Shown here: positions 1 through 10,991 of the stretch, in pieces
Layout of the letters: each line of letters starts with the position of its first letter
Numbering within the stretch: the first letter of the stretch is position 1
DNA from: Ophelia neglecta
Taxonomy: Eukaryota
Reading direction: 5' to 3'
Length of the DNA: 64,000 bases
Assembly (NCBI GenBank): GCA_965285935.1
Contig: OZ260661.1
Coordinates: forward strand, 21,142,001 to 21,206,000
Position numbers and translations under genes: made by a program
Notes under the pieces: model-generated
Seen by the model: only the letters and a program-made list of their open reading frames with translations
Database searches by the model: none
Told to the model about the DNA's origin: nothing

Positions 1-1199
1 GAAGATCAAGGGAAGATGGTGATAGTAATTTATATTTGGTAACATTGTATGTATACATTGTTTTTTCCAAGAAATAAAATCTTTCAGTTTCAGAGCAAGT
101 TTCTTTATTATTAATTAGCTAGTATATTTATACATTATAATAGTATCCACTATCCAAGCAGTATGTGGCTGTTATGGTATCATGTTGTATAAGTCCCCCA
201 TGATTTCCCTCTCTAGTTGAGTTTTCTTAAGCTTGAGGACTTCTATTTCAAGCTGAAAATAAATTAAACCTTGATCAATGCACTATGCTAGAGATTGACC
301 TGCCAACGACCCTATATATTTAAGGGTTAGGCATGGTTGGCCATACTGTGTGAGCGACGAATGCCGCACAGCAAGGCCCATCATGACATACCACTTTGTA
401 CACTGAATGATCTGCTAAAATATATTAAAGTCTCATTTACTAAAGATTTAGGGGCAGTGTGGGAATAACCGTGCCCTCGGCTGTGATTTAAAGCATGCAT
501 GGCCTTCAGCCATCTAAATGCTCAAGTTGCATGTGGAATGTTAAAAATAATATTGAATATAAGAAGAATCCTTTTAGATGATAAATCCATCTCACACCTT
601 ATATTTGTCTTCCATTGTTTTAAATGTTTTTTCCTCCTGTGCTAATGTCTTCAATTGTTGCTCCATAACCATAACTGCAGTTGTCTGGTTAGTTGATGAA
701 CTTTTTCTTTTGGGGGAATCTAGAATGGAACAGTTGGAAATAAAAACATGGAAAAGTACCAATATTTTACATTTGAAGGGTCAAAGCAGTGCAGTCATGA
801 ACTATTTAAAGAAATCATTATTATCTGAAAATGAGCAAAGATAAAATCCTTTTTTGTTTTCACCTTTTTACATATTATAGTCTATATTAAGATCAAAACA
901 TTTTAATTAAACACACAGCTCTTGACTATTAAATATTGTGGACTCAAAAAGTTCTTAAATTTTTCAATAATTATGTGGAGTAAATAAAAGGACAGCAATA
1001 TTCTTTGATTGCATAACCCCAAGAGGAATGGGTAGAAAATAAATCAGCTGTAAAATATGCAGCTTTACATTCTTTTTAGTATATGTATAGGTATGTTTCA
1101 GAAGAAAAATACTTGACTGTTACTCACAATTGAGGCTGCTACTACTGTTTCTCTTTCTGCTGAGTGGAGTTGAAGCAAGATTTGGTGTTCCTAAAGCAG

Positions 1200-1598
1200 A
1201 TAAAATAATGTTATTAAAAAAAGATGGACCTACCAGTATGTGGGAAGGGATTGTGGCACTCACAAAATTTTTGGATGGACGGACAGATCAAAGAAACTAA
1301 TCAGCAGTATGTGTCCCCTTGAAGAGAGGTACTTACAAAATTTGAACAAAATCAAGACAATCATTGATGAGTTAATTGGTGGTCACAAGAAAGTGTTATG
1401 GACGGACGGATGGAGGGATGAACGGACAGACGGACGGACTAATTTGAAAGAATGCATACGTGGACTAGATGTAAAATTGGGTCATGCATATCAAATTATG
1501 GTATTGGAATCAGGATGGTACGGCAATATGACAAACTAACAGACAAAACAAAAACATAAGAGCCTTCGCCCACCTTTGGTGGTGGTGGCCCTAAAAAA
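1200..1598 (+). repeat. Pearl/HINE-like non-autonomous element fragment (intronic)
   Basis: ACGG/ACAG microsatellite at ~1400-1440 and a GC-rich hairpin-like end followed by an A-run at ~1560-1598. Confidence 0.4.
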
Positions 1599-2324
1599 TA
1601 TATAGAATAAAAGTGGTTTGACGACTTGACTTGAACTCAAACCCCCAGGATTGATTAATTAAAGTAACACATACTCAATACTAGATTTTCTGTAGTCAGA
1701 ACTTTTTTGCTTGATTTTTTATAGTCATGAATATCGAGTATCGAAAATCAATCTTATGAGTAAGTGGTGTTAACAGTGTCTCATTCAGAACCTACTTGGA
1801 GTCAAGTCTTCCAATGATGTTGTAGGTTTGTTTCTACTGCACATGTCTGTGGAAATGAATAATATAATTAGTATAATTTAGCAAATAACTACAAATGTGC
1901 ACAGGGGAATAGTATTCACCAAACGATTAATGCACTAGACATTTTATGGGCATGTATTGTCCAACCCATTTGACTGTGAATAGTGAGAAGGGGTACTTTA
2001 GTAGTTACATCAAAGAGCATAAGACACCATTCTTGAAGGCAAGGCATTAATAGTTAACTTTATTTAATGCCTGAACAGTAGATCTAGGGCATTAAATTAG
2101 TACATGTGCACTTGCTTTTGACATGAATTATTTGTTCTAAAACTTACTTTCATTTAACTTTAGGAATGAAAATGCAGATCTTGGCTCAGCATCTTTATTC
2201 TCAGAATTATTCTCTGAAATGCAAAGGAATCTGATTTGGTTAACAGAGTACTACATTTAATTAAAATAAAAAAATAACCCAACCCAATCTAATGATTTTT
2301 GTTGGCAAATTTATATACCCTGTG

Positions 2325-2424
2325 NNNNNNNNNNNNNNNNNNNNNNNNNNNNNNNNNNNNNNNNNNNNNNNNNNNNNNNNNNNNNNNNNNNNNNNNNNNN
2401 NNNNNNNNNNNNNNNNNNNNNNNN
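2325..2424. other. Assembly gap (100 N)
   Basis: Run of N. Confidence 1.
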
Positions 2425-4579
2425 CACAAGCCGGCTATGACATACCAGTTTGTACACTAAATAACTAGCTAAATATATATTATCACTTTGTACGCTAAAT
2501 AACCAGCAAAATATATATAAAATCTCATTTAATAAAGATTCATTATCTAAAAATGAAATTTTGGAAGGAGTGTGTGGGAACTCGCACGTGGTATGTTATA
2601 ACTTGTATGTAAGAATATTGTAGACATTGTTGACATTGTTGACATTTACTTAAAAATATCACATGTAATTTATTTGCATTTGTTGTTGCAATATGATGAT
2701 GAATTAATCATGATCATCACAACCAGGGTTGACACCTACCCTTTTCAGTATCGATTCCCATAGCTATTCCTGAGCAGGCGAGGCTGTTAAATGACGCCCA
2801 AAGGTCTTCAGATGGTGTCAGTTTTTGGGGGAATCGCCATTCCCAGTTTGCATTGCAGCATCTATTTTCTTTTTTGCTGAAATTATCAATAAGTGATTTG
2901 GAGAAAGGAGATGACAAAATATCTACATCTAAATATAAGTTATCTTCATAAGAGTATTGGGTTTCGTCATACATGCCTACATGCAAATTTGTAGGCCCAT
3001 GGCCTCACCCCCTAATTGTGGATTAATTCGAAAGTGCTTACAGTGACAAAGTTTTTATTATTCTTTTATTTATAAAATTACATATTTTTTATTATAAAAT
3101 TGGCTATTTTTTATTATAAAATCACCTATTCATTTAATATAATATGACCTACTCTCAGGTGCCTAATAAAAGGGGTGACAGAATAATAGGGGATGTCAGA
3201 ATTTTTTTGAAAAATAACTAAGAGGGGCCTGTCACAATAAAGGGGGACATTGGCAAAATTGTGGAAAAAATCAACAAAGCAAATATGAGACAATTTAGTG
3301 TAGATCTAGCTAAAATGCTTCTTCAGTAACTTTTATTAATAGCAACATCAGTTATAATTTTTCATCTGAGTCCCAATGGGTCAATGGGGGGTGGACTCAT
3401 AGGGTCCAGACAATGTCAATGGGTCCACAAAAAATGAACTGAAATAAATTTACCACTGGCAACATTAATAATATTTGGTTCTAAGAAATTCCGCTGTGCC
3501 CATTTAGAATGATCCAATACACGGGGATTGATGCACTTTTTAGAAAAATTAATAAGCAGGGGTCCCCTTTTATTATTAACTGGCTATATTAGAATGAGTG
3601 TGCACAAATTACTGCAATGATGGGGTATTGGAGAAGAACTTTATTGCCATGGACGCCATGTACAAGTACATAATGGGTGTAGGCCTATAATTAATTTTAG
3701 TGTACCATTATACTAGACCTGTATTACACTCACCACGGTTTTTTACATTTTCAAATCTTTTTTTGCACTCCTCCACAGTGCGGAACACTGCCCCTGTGCT
3801 GAAAAAATTGTAATTTAACACTTTATTAGACGGTCTTTTGGTTACATAAAAACTTTATATTTCTTTCTTTGTGACTAAAAAGTGAATATTTTTTTAATTG
3901 ATTTGGTTTAAATGAAATGAAATTTACACATGGGTGAGTGTATGCTATTTAAAAGTGCTTAGACAGGATCTATGATTTTTAATAGTTCGGCTATATATAC
4001 CATATAAATATTGTACAGATGTAGTATGATCTATGCTAAAAAACTGTCCCGCCCCTCTCTAGTGTTTACAAACACACTCACGTGTAGTAAGCTCGTAGGC
4101 TATGTTGAATCGCGCGGACGTGGTCGAAAATCAGTGACAGATGATGTCAAATAAGTATGGATTTTAATACTTTAACTAATTTAGAAAAAACCGGACCCTG
4201 ACATAACATGTCTACTAGTTTTACGGGTTTCCGTTTATCTGCTTACTAGTACGCTAAACTAGACCATACGAGTACTGACAGAAAAAAAACCGGCCGGCGA
4301 CGGGCGGTGTGGCACTTCTAGGCATACCTATTTAACGTTGCCGCCACCTCCTCCCAGGCCTCTTTCTTATCCTTTGACGTGTTCAATGTCGAGAATTTGC
4401 TCAGTAATCTATCCTTCTTATCAAAAATAATTTGAATGAGTTGAAGGCTATCTGCCTCCGACCAATTTATTGAGCGGCCCGAAGCAGACGACTCGGTTTC
4501 CGCCATTTTGAGAATACTACTTTGGTTACGCTGTTGATATATATGCGTGCGCATTTAGTTACAGCGGTAAAATACGGAC

Positions 4580-4763
4580 TGCTTAATGTAATCTGGAAAG
4601 ATAGTCAGGACTTTCACTCAAGTAGTAGTATAAATCACTCAGCTGAGTGCGGCACTTAAGTGCTTTTAAAAAACAAGTTTGAGTGACATTCCTCAGCTGA
4701 GTGAAAAATGCCGAGTTGAGTGCACTCAACAGAAAACACTTAAGTATTTTTAAAAAACCGGCC
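4580..4763. mobile_element. Terminus of the PIF/Harbinger element carrying the Myb gene (the other end is not in the window)
   Basis: Palindromic subterminal motifs (CACTCAGCTGAGTG, CACTTAAGT) end in ...AAAAAACCGGCC, followed by CAG (4764-4766). GGCC termini with a 3-bp flank fit Harbinger. Confidence 0.55.
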
Positions 4764-4766
4764 CAG

Positions 4767-5566
4767 GAGTGGGTGCCCAGCCACGTGGGCATCAAAGGCA
4801 ACAAGGCTGCCGACAATGTGCAAAAGAGGCACTGGAAGATCCCATCTTCCCAATCAAAATCCCATCTTCTGACTTCAAGAGCCCAATAACCCAGTATGGC
4901 TGGAAACAATGGCAAACCGCCTGGGATCAAGCCATCGAAAACAAACTGCACTCTATCTGCCCCACCATACCGAAATCATTTCGACAGCCTCTTGCCTCCC
5001 GGAGGGACGACTTGATCTTGTCTCGACTGCGCATCGGCCTCTCACATTTTACACATACTCACCTACTGAGAAGAGAAGACCCACCTTTTTGTGAGGGCTG
5101 CCAATGCCAGATAACCATCCAACACATTCTGTTGGAATGCAGCGATTTCGCCGAGGCTAGATACCGTTTTTATAACGTTAACAGCCCCAAAACCTTATTT
5201 GACAAGGTCTGCCCACAGCAGATCCTTGGGTTCTTGAGGTCTATAGATCTCTACTACAAAATGTAGTAGATCTTAAACGTGAAAATCATTTTAAAAATGC
5301 GAAAGTTTACGGAACTTTCTTTTATCTATTTATTAAACAACTAACCTTTTATGTTCCTTTACTAACACATTTTAGTCAGAAAAACATCTGACCCACCCAC
5401 CTATAAGTTTTTTATGAAATAGAGCTCAATAACCTCTTACTTCTTACGAATATCCCCATGTAAATAAAAATAGGCAGTACAATGAACAATAAACTATACC
5501 CAACTTAAGACACTAAATGACCCACATGGTGTCTATGTGTCGTTAAGCCCCAAAAATCCAAATCCT
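4767..5566 (+). mobile_element. 3' end of an I-group (Nimb/I-like) LINE: RNase H, C-terminal CCHC knuckle and 3' UTR
   Basis: WVPSHVGIKGNKAAD is the RNase H motif. After a frameshift come NKLHSI...LSRLRIGLSHFTH...CEGCQCQITIQHILLEC, a stop at 5266, and a tail GTCGTTAAGCCCCAAAAATCCAAATCC. Confidence 0.85.
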
Positions 5567-7116
5567 TGTACACTCACATTAAGTTCATTTTTCAACCTCG
5601 GGATCTCCAATTTGAGCTTTTCATTTTGAAGTTATAGGTTCACTGCGAACAAAGCAGTCACTTCTGCTGAGGTATATTTGACTTGTTTTACCTGTGCCGC
5701 ATTAAAAAAAATACAAAAGCTTCTGAACCTTTATATAAATACAACCATGCATTATATCCATGTTATCTTCAGTTCTAGTTTTCTTTTCGGTTTATCATTT
5801 TAAACATGTTCAAAGTAGGGGGCTTGGGGTGACAGAAGAGAGTACAAGTAATTTTAGAAGGACGGTACAATTATCCTTAATGATATTTTGTTGTTTTCAC
5901 TCCTGAGGCAGAACCAACCTAATTTTGTTTGAAACAATGGCCATAAAAATGAAAAGATACTTCTGCCAGGTAAATGTTGAAATAGTTGGCCTTAGTTGTT
6001 AACGTGGGAAATGATATTTTTCGCAGAATTATTTGAATCTTTTAAACTGAAGGGTAGTTTATAGCACTGTCAGCTTTTTTAAAGAAAGGCAGTGCTCAGA
6101 ATAGTTGTAGCCACCTTGATCCCTCCAAGTTGGCACTGAAGCCTTTAAATCACAAGGTCTTTTTTGCCATTTCACCTCCAAAATATACCTTTCAGGTGTT
6201 CGTTAGTCAACTGTATCTCAGGGGGATAAATGTTACAAGTTATGTTAAAATATTGTGAGTCCGTTACAATAGATAATTTACAGCATCTCTTTCCATTCTT
6301 AATCAAAATTAGCATTGTAAATAAAAATCTATACAGTGGAGGCACCATGTCATTATCCACACTACACTGTCACTAAAGTTGAAAGAAACTATTTTACCCA
6401 CTTTCTGGTAGCTCATAGATTAGGGTGGTCTCGCTCACGAACAAAACATGGACCTAAGTCTAAGACTTGAAAGACACAACCCCAGTTTACGCAGATGACA
6501 CAGCAAGACTTGCCGGTTGACTCGCACATGCGCAAAGGGACATTGACCAGACATAGTCACCAGGTCGCGGGGCGCAACTCTAATATAAAGAAAATATTGA
6601 TGAATCTTGTATATTTTTTCTCTTTTGAATAAAACATATTTTCGCTTCTTTGAATATGAATAGAAAATTACCTATAAAGTTTTGACTGAAAATTTGGGCA
6701 TGTCATTTATCTGTAATTATAGAGAAAAATAACATTTTTCTGCAGGAGCCAATTAGGTTGTGAGGAAAATACCAAGTTTTATGAGGAGATTCTTATGAGC
6801 CAACGAAAATTAAACCAGGGTTGTATACAAATTGTACTTAACAGAGTACCGTATTTAATCCATATATCCTTAAAAAACATGCATAGTCGATATTTTTTAA
6901 AGAAAAAGTTGATAAAATAATTTTGCCCTTTAGCTGTGAGACAATTAGCCTGTCAAGAGCCAAATGGTATGAATGCAAAAGAGCTAAAATGGTAGGAATT
7001 TTACTAATATATATATATACCATCACTATTGAGGCAAAAAGAATGGATGAAGAATTGAAACTGGATAAAATGGTAAATGTTATTACCAAACGCGACCCGT
7101 TTATAACGCTAAAGGG

Positions 7117-7322
7117 GCTTTGTGTTATTGCGAAAGCGAAAGGTGCGACGAAAGCAGAATTGGTAGCACAATAATCTATAATATCCCTTATTTTATAACC
7201 CAACCCTTACTCAAACTTCCGTTTTTTGTTCTTGTAAGGGTGGGGTTATTATTGTGATCATACTAGGTCATTTTTAAGACGCCAAGCTGCTTTTGCCGCA
7301 GCTTTCGCTTTTAACACAAATC
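7117..7322. mobile_element. Small MITE-like repeat (a related copy lies inverted at ~53640-53860)
   Basis: Imperfect terminal inverted repeats TTTGTGTTA..GCGAAAG / CTTTCGC..TAACACAAA. The internal sequence matches 53640-53860 in the opposite orientation. Confidence 0.5.
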
Positions 7323-7329
7323 TCGCAGA

Positions 7330-8124
7330 AGGACTACAAGGCAAATTTTAGAGAAAATCCCAAATGTCAACCAATCAACCAAGCAAAATCAGAAATAGGC
7401 AAGGTCAGTAAGAAAATATTAGAGAAAATCAATTATTATATAAGAAACAGCTAAAGCTTAACCAATGAAGAACAGCAAATGTTGTAGCATGGTTTAAATC
7501 GCTGGATGATAAAAGGCTATACACGTTTCTGCAATTTGATATAGTGGACTTCTATCAATCAATTTGAAATCAACTGTAAGTTAATTGATTTTGCCTCGCA
7601 AACAAATACATTAACAGATATAGAGAAAGAAACAATTTAACACAATAAAAAAGTCATGTCTTTACAAAATCAGGAGAGGCGTGGGCAAAAAAGACCGGCA
7701 TTTTTTACATAACAATGGGAAGCTTTGATGGTGCAGAAACATGCAAATTGGTAGGATTATACACATTGAGATAAATTCGGCAATGATTTCGGGCTGTACA
7801 GAGATGATGGGCTTGGTGTAAATAGAGCGACACCACAACAAGCTGACCGTATCAAAAAATAATTATGTGAAATATTCAAAAAGTATAGGCTGGGAATAAC
7901 AATAAACGCAAATAAGAGGACTGAAGAATTCCTGGACGCAACACTCAACTTGAATGGCGGCTCATTCATGCCATATGTGAAGCCATACATGTGCCGACAT
8001 ACGTCCACTTCGAAGTCAAATAACCTGAGGGCAATCATCAAGAACATACCTATCGCCATCAACAAGAGATTATCAGAAATGTCCCATGACAGAGAATTAT
8101 TTTAGAAGCCGCACCTGTATACCA
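7330..8124 (+). pseudogene. Penelope-like retroelement, RT part (decayed; Nematis-like, tentative)
   Basis: Fragments FLQFDIVDFY, ITMGSFDGAETCKLVGL, GLYRDDGL, EFLDATLNL and IPIAINKRLS...AAPVYQ, with stops and frameshifts. It continues at 29832. Confidence 0.8.
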
Positions 8125-9039
8125 ACAAGTAGGCCAGCGGGCCCACGGTCTCCCGTCGCTAAATAAATAATTGGCAAAAAAGAAGATGGACAAGAGACGT
8201 ATATTAATGGTTGCGAATCAGTATGAGCCACTGAGGTGATTAATGACTACGGGGTATATGGAAATGATATGTTCAAACTTCACACAAAGGTTCTCCATCA
8301 GCCACGGGTGTGTCTCCTCTGCGTTCAGTTACCCCAAAAGGCACAACTAGGGCCCATGTGGGATGTTCCTGTGAAGTTTGGTCACAATCGGCCCAATAGT
8401 GCGAGTGATATGCTCCAGAAAGCAAACATTGCCAAAATTACACAAATCGGGCTCCTGTTTTGCATAAAAAGTAGGCCAAAGTTCAGTGACCCCAAAAGGA
8501 ACATCTAGGGCCCATGGGGAATGCTCCTGTGCAGTTTGGTCCCAATCGGCCCAGAAGTTTCCGAGATATGCTGTGGAAATGAAGCATTGCCGAAATTGCA
8601 CAAATCTGGTCCTTGTTTTGCCAGAAGAGTAGGCCAAAGTTCAGTTACCCCAAAAGGCACAACTAGGCCCCATGGGGAATGTTCCTGTGAAGTTTGGTCG
8701 TAAGCGGCCCAGTAGTTTCCGAGATATGCTCCGGAAACGAAGCATTGGTGATATTGCACAAATCGGGCCCTATTTTCGCAAGAAAAGTAGGCCAAAGTTC
8801 AGTTACCCCAAAAGGCACAACTAGGGCCCATGGTGAATGCTCCTGTGAAGTTTGGTCCCAATCGGCGCAGTAGTTTCCGAGATATGCTCCGGAAACGAGA
8901 ATGGAACGGACAGACGGACAGACGGACAGACGGTCAGACAGACGCCTGATGCGTGTGGGACTTTCACTTGTGGGACTTTTCATTTTATTTTGTGGGACTT
9001 TTTGAATGTGATCTTACGGTTGTTGCTTGTGGGACATCC

Positions 9040-10330
9040 GAAGAAGTCCCACATGTGGTGCCCATCGATGTAGGTCCCACATGTGATGTCCATCAATAAA
9101 GTCCCATATACGATGTCCATCAATAAAGTCCCACATATGATGCCCATCAATAAAGTCCCACATACAATGTCCACCAATAAAGTCCCACATACGATGTCCG
9201 TCAATAAAGTCCCACATACGATGTCCACCAATAAAGTCCCACATACGATGTCCATCAATAAAGTCCCACATATGATGTCTATCAATAAAGTCCCACATAC
9301 GATGTCCGTCAATAAAGTCCCACATACGATGTCCACCAATAAAGTCCCACATACGATGTCCATCAATAAAGTCCCACATATGATGTCTATCAGTAAAGTC
9401 CCACATGTGATGTCCATTAATAAAGTCCCACATACGATGTCCGTCAATAAAGTCCCACATACGATGTCCACCAATAAATTCCCACATACGATGTCCATCA
9501 ATAAAGTCCCACATATGATGTCTATCAATAAAGTCCCACATACGATGTCCACAAATAAAGCCCCACATACGATGTCCACCAATAAAGTCCCACATACGAT
9601 GTCTACCAATAAAGTCCCACATGTGATGCTCACCAATTAAGTCCCACATAATATGCCCATCAATAAAGTCCCACATAATATGCTCATCAATAAAGTCCCA
9701 CATATGATGTCTATCAATAAAGTCCCACATACGATGTCCACCAATAAAGTCCCACATACGATGTCCACCAATAAAGTCCCACATACGATGTCTACCAATA
9801 AAGTCCCACATGTGATGCTCACCAATTAAGTCCCACATAATATGCTCATCAATAAAGTCCCACATTAGATGCCCATCAATAAAGTCCCACATACGATGTC
9901 CACCAATAAAGTCCCACATACGATGTCCACCAATAAAGTCCCACATACGATGTCTACCAATAAAGTCCCACGTGTGATGCTCACCAATTTAGTCCCACAT
10001 AATATGCCCATCAATAAAGTCCCACATAATATGCCCATCAATAAAGTCCCACATTAGATGCCCATCAATAAAGTCCCACATTAGATGTCAACCAATAAAG
10101 TCCCACATACATGTACGATGTCCACCAATAAAGTCCCACATACGATATCCACCAATAAAGTCCCACATGTGATGCTCACCAATTAAGTCCCACATAATAT
10201 GTCCATCAATAAAGTCCCAGATTCTGTGTCCATCAATATTGTCACAATTTTAATGGCCATAAATGAAGCCCCACATAAATGAATTCCCAACATGTGATGT
10301 CCATCAATATAGTCCCACGCCATGATTATA
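9040..10330. repeat. 21-bp subterminal tandem array (consensus CAATAAAGTCCCACATACGAT-like, about 55 units)
   Basis: Directly visible. Each unit carries AGTCCCAC, the reverse complement of the GTGGGACT motif in the termini. Confidence 0.95.
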
Positions 10331-10991
10331 AAACTATACACACTCAGCAGATACCCTTTGTCATAGATATGACACTGTTGTGTTGTGGGAATATAGCCAA
10401 TTAAATCCAACAACTGTGTTTGATATCCAATTAAGTTTATTTTATAACATCCTTATTTAAAATCAAAATCACACATTTAATAGGTTCAGCAGCAGATGAG
10501 TGGGTTCTCATTAACTTGAATAAACTCAACACCACACCTCTGTTTGGTGGGAAAGCTATAAATCCTCTACTGCTTTATAATACAAAGTACATCAATAAGA
10601 CACAATTAGAAGGTGTAATAACACACCCATTACAAAATATCAACCGCCTGAAAGAGATTGTTAGAGCATAATAAACATATAAAATAATATACGAATTTAG
10701 TTTACAATATATTTGTTTCTTCAAATTTTGTCTGTTTCTTTTCAGTAAATCTGAAAGATTATGTTTCAGAGTATCAAATTCACTTACACTAAATATTTCT
10801 CCTTAAGAAAGATTTAATGGACCAGGAACATACCTTCCTTACCACCTACTGTCTAAATAAAGTGACACATTATAATACTAGATATAACCCTTCGGGGCAG
10901 AGGCAAAATAAACATTTGAAGCAAATTTCAAACCTATTTTAGTGCCTTTAAGTGCCCTCAACCTGTTTCCAGCAGGGCAGGTTAAACCGGT

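Larger units (their letters stand above)
172..4506 (-). pseudogene. Multi-exon Myb/SANT-like (MSANTD-type) DNA-binding gene of a PIF/Harbinger transposon, probably frameshifted
   Basis: Exon 4328-4506 reads MAETESSASGRSINWSEADSLQLIQIIFDKK...KKEAWEEVAATLNR. Exon ~3735-3798 reads STGAVFRTVEECKKRFENVKNR. Exon ~2742-2876 reads AKKKIDAAMQTGNGDSP..LTPSEDLW..SGIAMGIDT, with a frame slip. Further small GT-AG exons lead to a last exon ~172-253, LEIEVLKLKKTQLERE..* (coiled coil). The internal small exons are approximate. Confidence 0.7.

Noticed and set aside
5570-6420. Possible further decayed Myb/coiled-coil exons on the minus strand
   Set aside because: Only a short LQNEKLKLEI-like stretch with stops; too degraded to support a call.
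8236-8983. Overlapping ORFs with repeated peptides
   Set aside because: They are translations of the 158-bp HINE core repeats.
8980-10413. Long repetitive ORFs (MWDFIDGHR..., CGTLL...) and a CRISPR-like appearance
   Set aside because: The ORFs are a by-product of a 21-bp (multiple of 3) repeat that is open in several frames. The inter-core segments are short recurrent variants rather than unique spacers, there are no cas genes, and the context is eukaryotic.
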